Shown piece after piece: positions 9,177 to 20,556 of a stretch of DNA of 64,000 nt; the stretch's first letter is position 1, and the number at the start of each line of letters is the position of its first letter. The stretch lies in the sequence record NC_101838.1, one strand, 5' to 3'. The notes below the pieces were generated by a model that was not told the DNA's origin, searched no databases, and saw only the letters and a list, made by a program, of their open reading frames with translations. The stretch is from a phage. A program made the translations under genes and the position numbers.

Positions 9177-12100
9177 ATGCTTCCAATCCCTTTGCTAAAA
9201 CTTGGTCGTCATTTCCTCGATAAGAGGGGTGGAATTAAGGAACTTGCTGTTCTGTCATACCCAATAGACAACAGTGATGGTACAAGCAACACAGTATCCT
9301 ATGTAAATAGCTTAGCTATACTTTTTGATGATGGTCAGCTTAATATTACTGGCTATAATAGGTTCGGAGAGTGTCGGACTGGAGATCTTGATACAATAAA
9401 CTATCCTAATGAGGCAGCTTAGAACGTAGACCATGTTTGGAGAGCTGACCGTGCATTTGTAATCCGCACATTCGATAATAAATTTTTCTATATTGGTTGC
9501 ACAGCTGGTCTTATCGGATCGGAGGCAGCAGGTGGAAACGATGTTTGTGTCAGAGAGTGGACACCTTTGCCGGAACAGATCGTAACAGGGTTGCATTTGG
9601 ACACCCATCCTGAGAGACTTGTTGAAGTAATGGGTGGCGTAAACAATACAGTGTGGGTAATTGCTGCACCAGAGGCTGATGGTATGCTTCACCTGTACGG
9701 CTCTGGCAATAATACTTACGGCTCTCTTCATGTTGACAAAAGTCAACACGCTACTCCAGTTAAGATCGGTGAAACATCTGAAAGTCCAGAGACAGGTCCT
9801 TGGAAAAATCCAAGAATTAATTGTGAAGTTCATGACAACTCGGTTATTTTTGGTGGTCCTAACGGATTCTGGATTGCAGGTTACGATTTCTTAAGAAATA
9901 ACAGCAAAAACACACTAGTTTATCCAGCCGAGCATGTGACTCTTGACCAGTTTAAAGGCATCCCGGTGGGCGAGACATGGAAAGGGTTCATGTGTGGACC
10001 TAATGGTGCAATTATAGCCACAGAAAGGATGCACAAACCTGATGACCAACAGCTTGTTAACGTATTCTACGGGCAAGACGTCTGGGGAGATGACACATGG
10101 CGTTCCTTAAATATCACCTACACCCATGAGGTGATAATGGCTCGTGGATACGGCACAAGTGGCATTTTCTTCAATAATGGCACCAAACAGTATCGTGGCT
10201 TCTCTCGCAATCTGTGCAATGATATTGGTGCACAATCTGCAAACAACAGTCCTAGGGCTAATTTTATTCACTATCAGGCTCTGGCTACGGCTAAATACGT
10301 CGAGCAACGGATGCCAGTAAGCTGGACAGAAAGTGTTTATTTCCAGGGTATCCACAGAGAAGGTTTCTTAGGGACCTTTACTGTTGTTAATGGCAAACTT
10401 TGGTGGTCAGGCATCCCAAGGGGAAGTTTTGCAGGCTCTAATAACCTGTTTGGCGGCAGACTTAATAGTCAGGGGTTCACAGAGGTTCCTGAGAATTGGT
10501 ATAAAAATGTCCCAGTAGACAGTTGGGGCGTTGATGATATTTTCGACGTTAATGGTGTTAGTAGTGTTAGCAATATCTACATTGGTGACACGGTCAAGAT
10601 GAAATTGAAGCCTCAGCCAGAGGGGGCTACGTTCATTATTGACAAGATTGAGTTGGTAAATGCTGCAGGTACGGTTGTTACAGATGCAAATTACCAATTC
10701 TCCACCAACTGGAACCACGGTGGGGCCAACGAAGTTGTTGTTACCCAGTATAACAGAAATGTTAACAGACGTGGCCTGTACTCTGTAAAAATAACCTATC
10801 ATGACAAGCATGGCACAGGCAGAACCCATACGACAAGAACTTTGAACTGGAACACCATAGTTCCTGCGTATCCGTCCAACGGCAAGTGGCATACTGTCGG
10901 TAGAAACAAACAGTTCCATGTCAACGATACTGTATACTTCGGGCTTAACGCAGCTCAACCTGTTGTAGAAGGCGATACATCGTATATGGTACGACTCCAT
11001 AGAATGGATGCCGGGTCTGTAACCTACGATGTGACTCAAGAGATCTACGATCAGAGACGTACCACGTATGACAATGTTGTGAAAACACAAGCCTTGTGGG
11101 AGTTCAACCCTAACGGCAGAGGCGGTAAAATGTTGCAGGTCAACGAGCAAAACGGAACATCGTTGACTGTCCATGAACATCCAGATCCTTGGCCTGATCC
11201 TGGAAAACCTAACTCTGGGGCTCGTACACTGAAAATTGTCAGCCATGATGCAGGATATTTCGGAATACGCTGGGAAGCTACAGTAAGATATGTCGACGGG
11301 ACAACAAACAACATAGGGATTACACTTGGCGGCACTAGTGAAGATAACTCGCTGAAAATTGCCTACACGCCCAGAGGTATCTCTATTGATAATATGGATG
11401 TTGTTCGCAATGGTTACGGCGATGTGAATGTCAAAGTTACTCTTGGCGAACATCTTGGTGGGGAAAGGATCATCATGTATGCCTTTGATCATGATCCACG
11501 CACCAATGGAACTTATGCAAATCAGGCATGGAGTTACCTGATAAATGCACCTGAGCCGAATACTAAAGAGTTCTACTATGGTATGAAGCGAGATGTGTGC
11601 AAGAAAACAGGAACACATGACTGGATTGCTATCTGCGTTAAAGATGAGCGCACAGCTTGGGATGAACCTGTTAACAGATGGTTCATAGGTATTCCTACCA
11701 GAAGTGATAAGTATGTCGCAGAATATATTGTATGCATGGGTGGTACCAACCTGAACATGTGTTGGAACGAGGATGCAAACAAATACTCTGATTATGACTA
11801 TATGAGGGATTACTCTTGTAATCAGTGGTTTAACCAATCAACAGGATACCCTCCACGTCAGGCGAGAGTAAACCCTGCAATCTTCACAGATACGCAGGTT
11901 TTCTTGACAAAACAGGCCAACGAGGTTCAGACCTTCAAGAATAAATACGATCCTAACAAGTGGTTCTACAACTGTTACGGCGCATTTTTCTGGGGACCTG
12001 GTGAGTTACCTGGTGGAGGATCTTGCTTGAATGAGGCAACTTACGCCAGTGACTACATCATGGGGCAGGTCAAGAAGTATAAGATAATCCCCGGTCCTGA

Positions 12101-14804
12101 GACTCTGGGCAATGCCGTTGACCCTTATATCATCATGACTGCACTGAGATCAAACATGGACGGGACATCCATGTCTATGCAAATTCCGGTAACAAACGGG
12201 TACAAACGTGTTGTGATGATCATTAAGTGCGACTTAATAGGTAAACAAGTTCTTGCAGAAAACGGGACATCCACACATCCTTTTGAGATTGCTCTGCACT
12301 ATCAGTTTGCTGACTCGCCTTTTGCAGGTGATAAGAGAATATCTGATACAGATACACAGCGTTGTAAGAAAGTATTGTTGGGTGCAGGTTGGTGGTGGTA
12401 TGAGTTTGATTTAACAGACAAATTCACCGACACATCTAAAGTTGTAACAGGACTTCGTCTAGACCTTGGCGAGAACATGCACAAAGCTGTTTGTGATGGC
12501 ACCTATGGTGACCCTACAATATACCTAAAATATATTTCTTTTGAGCATCCGGAAGATGTTGTCTATGGTCCAAAACTGAGATTGTTTGGCAGTTGGATTG
12601 CAAAAGATAGGGTAGGCATGGGTAAGAAGGTAAGAGGGTTCTTGGTTGATGCAGGAACAGAAGACATGCTGGTTAATGCAGTATGGCCTGAATTACCTGG
12701 GACTCAGTGGGACAACTCAGCCAAATCTATAAACTGGTTTAACATTCATAGGGCCATGTGGACCACTAACTGCTACTTGTGGAGAGAGCTTAACGATCAG
12801 GCCTTTGGATTCAGCGATGGTAGAAGGATGGCGATCATTTGCTGGACAACACTGCAAAGATGTTATGACCATGACTATGAGATTGGGGGCAGGGCATGGA
12901 AAAATATCAGAGATAGAATCATAACCAATTTTGCAGACGACAACGGTGGTGGAGCACATAACTTTGGCACAAGCCGACTCATCCATTTGAACGGATCCTC
13001 AGCCTACAAGAAAGAAGGTTACTCTGGGTCTATGATCGAGTGGGGTCTGGTGAAAGATGCTCGTGTATTGATGGGCCAGCAACTTGCTGCTGCAATAGGT
13101 CCTAGTGCAGTGCAGTCTGCTAAACCAGCGTGGTTCGATATCCCATTATGGTCCTCTGGAACACCAGGGGCTGCTGCAATCAACCCTACCACTGGGGATC
13201 TGGAAATCTCCTGGGAAGACCTGAAGCAGGTCGGTGGCTGGGATAAGACCGGGTACCAGGTGCAGTGGTGGAGGGCTGACGGATCTTTAGCCGCTGATGA
13301 GTTTGTTAAGGACAATTTCTACACTATGTCCTCTGCAAAAGCACAGGAATTGTTCGGTCAGGCAACTCCGTCAACGATCACCATGTCTATGTGCTGTAAA
13401 GACAACAGGACTGGAGCTTTGGGGCCAAGGGTTGCTAAAGTTTTCTCAGGTATTAAATGGAATCTACCTGTCCAAAGTATTTCATGGAAGCAAATAGGTG
13501 ATAACAAGCTGCTGGTTACCCCTGCCTGTCAGTTCAACGCAACTCTTAACGTTGATCCTGCTGTTGCGGCAAACTCAGCTAAAGCTTCTGACTTCTCTGT
13601 GTCTAACACTGCTATGGCAGATGTGAGGAAGATTGACACGCTGAACGCCAGAATTACCTGTAAAAACACTTATGGCACATTCCAAATCATCAACAACTTC
13701 ACAGATGCTGATTCTAAGGTAGTGAGGACAGCAAGCCAGACTCTGAGTTTAGGAACTCTGGCCTATGCGGCCCTGATCACCGAGCAGTCGGCAACACTCC
13801 AAGGAGGTGGTGTAGGCAAGTCCATTGCAACACCTGTGTGGAAGCCAAATGAGTGGGTTGTGTTTGATTTGACTGTGGACTTCTCCAGCGATAATAACTG
13901 GACATGGGTAAGGAATTGTTTGTCACAATTGATGGGCGGTCCAAGCTCCGTTAGTGATAGTCACGACTCTACTGACCCGAGTGTGTTCCAGGTAGGTAAA
14001 ACTCACCCAGAGACTGGAGAAACGTTGCCTGACAGGAAGTATGCGTTGGTTTGCATCTCTTACGGGAAGGCAGATGTCACATTCTCAGGGACACACACTT
14101 ATAACGGAACTTACAACTTCTCAAGGAAGTATAGTCTCAAAGCAGGGAACATTATAGACGAGGTCGGTGTGCTGTATAATCCGGGCAACGGCATAGGGAT
14201 TGTGGGCGGTAAACTGCAGATGCAGGAACCTTCTATCACCCCTTCCAACGTATCCGGGATTAGAAAGACTTGGGAAAGTAGTAATACCAACATTGCAACA
14301 GTGGATGCCACCACAGGGCTGGTAACATTTAAAGCTACTGGGAATGTCACCATAAAGTTTGTAGTTAGAGATGATGCAGGCCGCAAAACGTCTTCAACAT
14401 CGTTTACTGTCAGACAGATGGCACCTCAGTGGTTTATTTGGGAAGGAAATCCTCTTGACGGGGCTTACCCTAGACCTGCAGGAACGTCCAATATGAGGGT
14501 CTTTACCGGTCCGGTCATGAACAATCCGACCACAACCACCAACCCTACATTTTTTGGTGCTTACATACCTGAAATTATTGGCCTACCAAGGAACCAGATA
14601 CAACTGCTTTTCGGAGCAGGTGTTGATGGTCTAGCCACTTTTGGGTACAGTGACAACATTGATGCAGCCAGAAGCTCGGGTTGGATTGGATTTAAGTTTC
14701 AGTGGAACCCTGGTGGTAGAACATTAGGTGTTGCAAGCATAGGTGTTATGCTACCTGGTAACCAGCAATACCATCTCGAAGCTTATACAAACTTCCCTAG
14801 TTAA
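9177..14804 (+). CDS. giant RCC1-like-repeat adhesin / host-range protein, interrupted by in-frame TAG at 9420-9422
   Basis: ATG at 9177 with GGAG SD; ORFs 9177..9422 and 9567..14804 are in the same frame with a single TAG and no other stop between; RCC1-like Gly repeats on both sides; ORF-track start at 9567 is TTG without SD. Confidence 0.5.
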
Positions 14805-14816
14805 CAGGAGGCAAAT

Positions 14817-14846
14817 AAAAAGGGGCCAGACGGCCCCTTTCTTTTT
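14817..14846. terminator. bidirectional intrinsic terminator between convergent genes
   Basis: AAAA-GGGGCC-AGAC-GGCCCC-TTTCTTTTT; A-run upstream and T-run downstream. Confidence 0.6.
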
Positions 14847-14850
14847 ATAA

Positions 14851-15051
14851 TTAGTAATATTCCCAACACGACCCATCTTCAGACGGCTGGACACGTTTAC
14901 CTTCATGATCGACATAGGTGTAACCACAGCCTTCACAGATAACAGGGGCCGCATAACCTTCCTTCCACTGGTCCTCTGTGATCAGTCCTTTCAGATCTCC
15001 GCAGTCACGACCAAACAACTCTTCAGAACAATCTTTGCAAAAATCAGCCAT
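14851..15051 (-). CDS. small Cys-rich zinc-ribbon-like protein (66 aa)
   Basis: CxxC ... CxxC pairs in translation. Confidence 0.45.
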   Translation of the reverse strand: MADFCKDCSEELFGRDCGDLKGLITEDQWKEGYAAPVICEGCGYTYVDHEGKRVQPSEDGSCWEYY

Positions 15052-15054
15052 TTC

Positions 15055-15501
15055 TCAGTCCTCGCATTTAACAAATTTTTCTACAGATCCACCAAGCACA
15101 GCTTGTTGTTTAATGGCACTTTCTTCATCATAGTGGATAGATTTATGTTCCGTACCTCCAAACTTACCTGTGTGGAAGGTGTGCACCCAAATCTCTTTAG
15201 GAAGGGATTTATTCTCTTCCTCCACCAACTCCCACATACCCCACAAGTGATCTGCGATATCTCTGATGAAATATCCCTCACCGAGGTTTGTATTCACACT
15301 ATAAGCTGATTCGTGATCTCCGCAAATATAACGGAAGGCAGTGTACTCTTTACCTGGTGTGAAGTGAGTGTCCATTAGTATAGCTGTTAAAGAATAAGGG
15401 TCTCGAAAGCCTAAGAACTTTAGTTTAACAATTTCGACATTTACATCCGCAAGATTATCCATGACGATCTCCTCTGTTCGGTTGGTGAGATAATCATACA
15501 T
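15055..15501 (-). CDS. hypothetical protein (148 aa)
   Basis: ORF track; tight spacing in leftward operon. Confidence 0.45.
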   Translation of the reverse strand: MYDYLTNRTEEIVMDNLADVNVEIVKLKFLGFRDPYSLTAILMDTHFTPGKEYTAFRYICGDHESAYSVNTNLGEGYFIRDIADHLWGMWELVEEENKSLPKEIWVHTFHTGKFGGTEHKSIHYDEESAIKQQAVLGGSVEKFVKCED

Positions 15502-15626
15502 AGATCTGGTGTTGGTGTCAAGTTTAATTTTAAGCGATTCTGGGGAGGTATTTTGTTCAGGAGGGTAATCACACAGGGTAGGGCAATTTATGAAGGCACA
15601 GGCCTCGTTTGAGGCCTTAAAATAGG

Positions 15627-16007
15627 TTATGACGCTTTGACGTAGCGCTCTGACAAAGCTGGGAAGCCAAAAGCAGTACCTATACTACCGTATGCTACCC
15701 ACCATTGAAGTTCATCGTGACACCATTTTCCGATCAGGAAGGTGCTGGGGTAGCGGGTCAGTATTTTGGCATAAGCTTTAGGGTCTGCATCCTCTGGGAT
15801 AATGATACTTGGAACATCTTTGTTATGACCACAGCAGCAGTTTAGAGTTTTCAATCCTGCCGCCCATAGACTCATGATAGGCTTAGCCATGCACTTATCA
15901 AGGCACACACGTTTTTTGCCGTCACGGAGCTTTTTAGGCACATCAACGATAACATTTTGATGCTTGGCACCTTTCACTTTCCAATTATAGGATTTACACT
16001 TGCACAT
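15627..16007 (-). CDS. hypothetical Cys-rich protein (126 aa)
   Basis: GGAGAC SD 9 nt upstream of ATG on minus strand. Confidence 0.45.
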   Translation of the reverse strand: MCKCKSYNWKVKGAKHQNVIVDVPKKLRDGKKRVCLDKCMAKPIMSLWAAGLKTLNCCCGHNKDVPSIIIPEDADPKAYAKILTRYPSTFLIGKWCHDELQWWVAYGSIGTAFGFPALSERYVKAS

Positions 16008-16037
16008 TTAATCAGTCTCCATCTAGAAAGCAATACT

Positions 16038-16208
16038 TTACTTAAAATCTTTGTCACCTATTACGATTGCACGAATCCACTCATTGTGATGTTCAATGGC
16101 GGTAAGGTGTAACATAATGCAGTGATTGTCATTACCAAACACGGTGCGGTAAGCTTTAGCAGCACCATGATATAACTTCCACATCAGGTAATGATATCTT
16201 CGCCTCAT
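16038..16208 (-). CDS. small hypothetical protein (56 aa), not in ORF track
   Basis: ATG overlaps stop of upstream HAD gene (ATGA overlap), consistent with translational coupling; open for 56 codons. Confidence 0.3.
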   Translation of the reverse strand: MRRRYHYLMWKLYHGAAKAYRTVFGNDNHCIMLHLTAIEHHNEWIRAIVIGDKDFK

Positions 16209-16684
16209 GGCTCTTTCTCCGGTTCAGGATCTGGGTAATCTTCAATAATAAAGGGCCATCCGTTCCGCTTAGCCTCAGACTTGTACTCAATCTCCTTCAT
16301 TGCAAACTCTAACTGATTTTTAGCCGGAATACATGCCGGAGAATCATCAACCCAGATATCTGGGTAGATATCAAACTGCGCCAGGTAGGCTGCCTTCTGA
16401 ACACCGCCAGTATAAAACACACCAACATCGAGCTCCTTGCGCCAATACTCAATGTCCACATTGTCTTGAGTAATGAATCGGAAAGTCACAAGGTACACTG
16501 TCCACCCCTCCTTCTTCAGGTCCCTGATCAGGCGGGAGAAGATGAAAGGGCTCGCATTAAACGTTCCATCAAAGTCAATGGCAATGATGTGTGTGCCGTG
16601 GCGAGTCTCGTATGGATTGCTTGTGGTAAGATTACTGTAGTTAAAAGGAACTTCTTCCCCGCAGTAGCTGTAGTCCATATTCAC
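16205..16684 (-). CDS. HAD-superfamily phosphatase / nucleotidase-like
   Basis: HAD motif I IAIDFDGT near N-terminus, later Thr and WVDD motifs. Confidence 0.6.
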   Translation of the reverse strand: MNMDYSYCGEEVPFNYSNLTTSNPYETRHGTHIIAIDFDGTFNASPFIFSRLIRDLKKEGWTVYLVTFRFITQDNVDIEYWRKELDVGVFYTGGVQKAAYLAQFDIYPDIWVDDSPACIPAKNQLEFAMKEIEYKSEAKRNGWPFIIEDYPDPEPEKEP

Positions 16685-16956
16685 ACCTTCTCGTTGATAA
16701 ATTTACGGGCGGTTTGGTGGGTTGTTTCTGCTGTCTTCAGAATGATATTAATTTTATTGTCAAGATCATTCATCTCTGCAGTTAGTTCAGGAATCTCTCC
16801 GGCATGCATAGTGAAATCATACATAGACATGCCCAGAATCTCATTGATGCGACGGTTGCATTCTGCAGCACGCTGGTTCATTTTCCAAGCTAACACCAAA
16901 GCCTCCTGCGTAGCCTCTAGTGCAAAATCTAATACGTCGGCCTCTTCTTTCGTCAT
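16681..16956 (-). CDS. hypothetical protein (91 aa)
   Basis: ORF track; overlapping stop/start with neighbours. Confidence 0.4.
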   Translation of the reverse strand: MTKEEADVLDFALEATQEALVLAWKMNQRAAECNRRINEILGMSMYDFTMHAGEIPELTAEMNDLDNKINIILKTAETTHQTARKFINEKV

Positions 16957-17014
16957 CTCAGTCTCTCCTGTTGTATTGTTGGTAGGTGTATGAATACCTT
17001 ATAACTCACCTTTT

Positions 17015-17581
17015 TTATTCAAACTGCAATAGTAAGTCCACCACCGCGCTAGGTCTGTCAACAAATTCCCCAGGTCCACATGCCCACAGAGGGTATCCGT
17101 CTACATACCGCCAAATCCAACCTGCGGTGTGGAGTTCGAGCAGGGCAGTGCCGTCCTTACTGTCAACCACTCTTTCCCACAGTGTCGGGCAGCGAAGCTT
17201 GAGGACCGGATCACCTCCCTTATACCCGCCCATGTAGATACCCATTGCAAAGTTCAGCATCATCTTTTTGTGCACTGATCTCTTACTGAGGGTGCTCATC
17301 ACTTCCTCTTTGTGAATGTTTGTAAGCTTCTCTTTGGCTACCCGCAGATCGTTGCAACCATTGTTCAGCAGATCTTCCAGACACTTGATCCGAAGGTCGT
17401 GAATGTCTTTGTCGTGTACCGTTGGCACAGGGTCGTAGCGGTATAGCACTGTTGATACAAGGTTGCTCGGGTGTGGGTCTGACAGCAACCCATAACCCCA
17501 ATACTCTTCTGTATCTGAAAGGACAAGACACCCAATGTCTCTGTCAAGCTTTCCTGTGTTGTAAGCCACATTGACCGCCAT
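17015..17581 (-). CDS. hypothetical protein (188 aa)
   Basis: ORF track. Confidence 0.45.
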   Translation of the reverse strand: MAVNVAYNTGKLDRDIGCLVLSDTEEYWGYGLLSDPHPSNLVSTVLYRYDPVPTVHDKDIHDLRIKCLEDLLNNGCNDLRVAKEKLTNIHKEEVMSTLSKRSVHKKMMLNFAMGIYMGGYKGGDPVLKLRCPTLWERVVDSKDGTALLELHTAGWIWRYVDGYPLWACGPGEFVDRPSAVVDLLLQFE

Positions 17582-17583
17582 GA

Positions 17584-17829
17584 CTATAGCTCCACTAGCA
17601 AAGTGCTTTCAAAGTGCCGTTCATGCAGACCGTTGTAAGGGACCACTTCCACAACGCCATCACGGACATACGGGGCCATCATGGTGGCATAATCTCCAAA
17701 CGGGTTGGTATTGTCACTAACCACAACCACCTTCTGCCCTTCCTTGGCAGAGTGCCAAATAGATCTGCACTTCATCAGGTGTTCGAGAGCTCCAGGTAAA
17801 ATTTTGTTACGTTCTTTACGGGTCTTCAT
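17584..17829 (-). CDS. hypothetical protein (81 aa)
   Basis: ORF track. Confidence 0.4.
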   Translation of the reverse strand: MKTRKERNKILPGALEHLMKCRSIWHSAKEGQKVVVVSDNTNPFGDYATMMAPYVRDGVVEVVPYNGLHERHFESTLLVEL

Positions 17830-18275
17830 AACAGATATAGCTCCTTATGAAAGTGGTCTTTTAATTTCTCGCTGAGAAACTTCTTGATACCTTCCTCTAA
17901 AGTGTTTTCGATGTAGTCCAGCTTAACTGCTTCGATGGACATATCATAGATCGCCAGCTCTAAGCTGTCAAGTCCCATCATAGCATGAACCATAAGATTT
18001 TCATCTTCAGATACATTCAGAGGACTTCCTATAACATCTGTAGGTAGGATAGTTTCCCAATTATTCTGGGGGGTGGTTCTCCCGCCATCCACTTTACGGC
18101 GCAGTTCGAAGGTGTTCTTAGTGTAGAACACTTCATAAGAAACGATACGACTATCGCTCTCATAATAAACGAAGTTCAGGTAGGAGCCTAGCCGCAGTCG
18201 GCAAACTTCTACCCCAAACCATTGTTTCTTATAAGAATTCAGGCTAATGCTGTCGCATTCACGCTTGCTCAACAC
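17826..18275 (-). CDS. hypothetical protein (149 aa)
   Basis: ORF track; 4-nt overlap with downstream gene. Confidence 0.45.
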   Translation of the reverse strand: MLSKRECDSISLNSYKKQWFGVEVCRLRLGSYLNFVYYESDSRIVSYEVFYTKNTFELRRKVDGGRTTPQNNWETILPTDVIGSPLNVSEDENLMVHAMMGLDSLELAIYDMSIEAVKLDYIENTLEEGIKKFLSEKLKDHFHKELYLL

Positions 18276-18291
18276 GGCTATCTCCTTTTTG

Positions 18292-18525
18292 TTAATCTTC
18301 GTAAATCAGGATTTCTGCTTTAGGTTTTCGTGCTTTCAAGTCCAGCTCTATCCAGTGCACCATAGCTGTTTCAAGAAAAACAGCTTGGATGCATCCGTCC
18401 TCAGCGTGCCCCACCAACATAACAAGATCTTCACCTTCGTCATCTGCATCACGAACATACAGAATCTCTCCAGATTCAAAGTCTTTCACAACCTGATTGC
18501 TGGATAATTTACGAATTTTTGCCAT
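18292..18525 (-). CDS. hypothetical protein (77 aa)
   Basis: ORF track. Confidence 0.4.
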   Translation of the reverse strand: MAKIRKLSSNQVVKDFESGEILYVRDADDEGEDLVMLVGHAEDGCIQAVFLETAMVHWIELDLKARKPKAEILIYED

Positions 18526-18526
18526 A

Positions 18527-18790
18527 TCAGAAACCCTCTAAAAAGCTTTTGTAGAAAATAATTTCAGTGTCCACACCTGTCACGATCTTATCGTTTCGGA
18601 TCTCATCTGTGAGGTAGGTATCGAAACGTAGTACTTGTGTGGTATTGTCACACATCCACTCAGCTGTGACCATTGCGAAAATCTTAGCATCTTCATTATC
18701 TGGTGTGAATGTTACCACCTCGCCGCACTTAAACTTTTCGATAGGTTGAGTGTTAGCTTTCGGTTCTGCGATAGTGATTTTCGTGGTCAT
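18527..18790 (-). CDS. hypothetical protein (87 aa)
   Basis: ORF track. Confidence 0.4.
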   Translation of the reverse strand: MTTKITIAEPKANTQPIEKFKCGEVVTFTPDNEDAKIFAMVTAEWMCDNTTQVLRFDTYLTDEIRNDKIVTGVDTEIIFYKSFLEGF

Positions 18791-19056
18791 TACTCTTCCT
18801 CCATAGTTTCACCAAATACTTCGATACGAGCATCGAGCTCGGTTGCTTTCAGCTCCCCAACAAAATCTTTTAGTTCTTTCTCGTCCAGATCGTAAGCCCA
18901 CACACAAGAAGAACATGCAGATTTCACAATCAGCAGCGTAGATACACGACCTGACTCTGTGATCATGCTCACAATGGTTCCCACAGGGAACGTGTTGATA
19001 GCTTTTTTAACTGGGCGTTCAGCTTTAATTACTACCTCTGTTGCCATAAATAACAT
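18790..19056 (-). CDS. hypothetical protein (88 aa)
   Basis: ORF track. Confidence 0.4.
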   Translation of the reverse strand: MLFMATEVVIKAERPVKKAINTFPVGTIVSMITESGRVSTLLIVKSACSSCVWAYDLDEKELKDFVGELKATELDARIEVFGETMEEE

Positions 19057-19062
19057 CCTCTC

Positions 19063-20544
19063 TTACTTAGCGTACTCGATTAATTCCACAGTTTTCCCAA
19101 AGCTCGGGATATAATTTTTATTATACCCTTCGGTGAGAACCCATAAAGTATCGTACTTTTTCCACTTGTTGTCAACAGCCTTTTGTTCAAAGTTATGCTC
19201 AAAGTAGAGGTCGGTAAGGACGATGACATCTTTTGCATTCGGTATGTTAGCATCCAGATACTCGAACACGCAGGCGGCTGTTGTGCCCCATGTTGAGTGG
19301 ACCTCATAGTTAATCATCTCATCGATGTTACCGCGAGTGTATACTTTAACCTCTCCAACCTCCGTTGACCAACAGAACATAGTAACCTTAAACTCTTTAT
19401 ACAAATTGCACAACCCGGTGATCTCATTGAACATTTTCTTTAAAGTTCTTTGTGAGATCGACCCAGAAACGTCTAAAGCCACTACAATATCTATAGTGTT
19501 TTCCGGATTACGACCAGGAACAATAACGTGTTGATTCTTGTTTATAGCTCCAACTTTTCGCATTGTGGTGGTCAAAGACCCAGATCGGCGACCAGGTTTT
19601 CTGTAGGTTAACTCAGCCTTTCTTTTAGATAACATACGTTGCTTAATAATATCTATATAATTGATTACAGGCTTGCCTCTGTTTTTGACAAACTCGCGCA
19701 CCGCCTCGGGACAACGACCTCCTGAAGCTTGCATTGCTGCTTCCAACATGTCACCAGAGTCCTGCATGGCCTGATCTTTGTCAGATTGACTGATTACTGG
19801 TTGCGGCTGATCATACCCCATAGCCTTTCCAAGATCATCACTAGTGCCACCGTTCCCGCTCATGTGATCATCGGTTTGTCGTTTATCTCCTTGGGAGTTC
19901 TCACCTTTACCGTTCTTACTTTTACCGCCATTCTGATCTCTTTGTTTATCAAGAACTGCATAGACGTTCTCAGCAATCCATCCATGAAACCTCATGTCGC
20001 AGTAGCAATTAGCTAAGAAGCCAAAAGGCTTACCTTTTACGAACTCAGTGCTTTTCCCCTTCGGGAAGAAAACACAAGGAGGCTTGCTAAAGTCAACCAC
20101 AAGACCTGTGTTGATAACGTGATCACAAGCAATATTGAACAGTTCCGGCTCAAAGCTTTTACCACGGACCAGATGATCACAGATAATATGCCCCACCTCA
20201 TGTGACAGAAGAAAGGCCACCTCTTTCACAGATTTTGGGGAATAGAAAACCTCAGCCATCTCAAACTGCTTGTCAGTCAGAGATGCTTTAAGAATGGTTT
20301 TACGCTCATCCGCCAACCCCATAATGAACTCAGGGCTGTAGTAGATGCGTTTATGGTCGGTTGCCATGGTGGAGCACCATGTGTGGTTTTCTACGAACTG
20401 CAACCCTGACAGTAGTGTGCCATAAAACGGCAGCTTTTCAAGGAGATACATACGTGCAGCCTGCAACATTCTCAGGGCATCATCTTTCTGCGAGGCAATG
20501 ATTTCTGAACTTCTGCTATCCATTAAAACTCCAGAAGGGGCCAT
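19063..20544 (-). CDS. VWA-domain protein with N-terminal metallopeptidase-like HExxH region (CobT/DUF2201-like partner of MoxR ATPases)
   Basis: HEVGHIICDH motif in N-terminal half; MIDAS-like VVALDVSGSIS in C-terminal half. Confidence 0.6.
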   Translation of the reverse strand: MAPSGVLMDSRSSEIIASQKDDALRMLQAARMYLLEKLPFYGTLLSGLQFVENHTWCSTMATDHKRIYYSPEFIMGLADERKTILKASLTDKQFEMAEVFYSPKSVKEVAFLLSHEVGHIICDHLVRGKSFEPELFNIACDHVINTGLVVDFSKPPCVFFPKGKSTEFVKGKPFGFLANCYCDMRFHGWIAENVYAVLDKQRDQNGGKSKNGKGENSQGDKRQTDDHMSGNGGTSDDLGKAMGYDQPQPVISQSDKDQAMQDSGDMLEAAMQASGGRCPEAVREFVKNRGKPVINYIDIIKQRMLSKRKAELTYRKPGRRSGSLTTTMRKVGAINKNQHVIVPGRNPENTIDIVVALDVSGSISQRTLKKMFNEITGLCNLYKEFKVTMFCWSTEVGEVKVYTRGNIDEMINYEVHSTWGTTAACVFEYLDANIPNAKDVIVLTDLYFEHNFEQKAVDNKWKKYDTLWVLTEGYNKNYIPSFGKTVELIEYAK

Positions 20545-20556
20545 TGGCCCCTGTCA

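Noticed and set aside
9177-9422. Independent 81-aa gene upstream of the giant fiber gene
   Set aside because: It is in the same frame as the downstream ORF with only one TAG between them and shares RCC1-like repeats, so it is better explained as the N-terminus of the interrupted giant gene.
10407-11837. Long antisense ORFs inside large CDS (e.g. 10407..11837 minus, 389..718 minus, 34809..35504 minus)
   Set aside because: They are fully embedded in strongly supported genes on the opposite strand, have no SD, and look like shadow ORFs.
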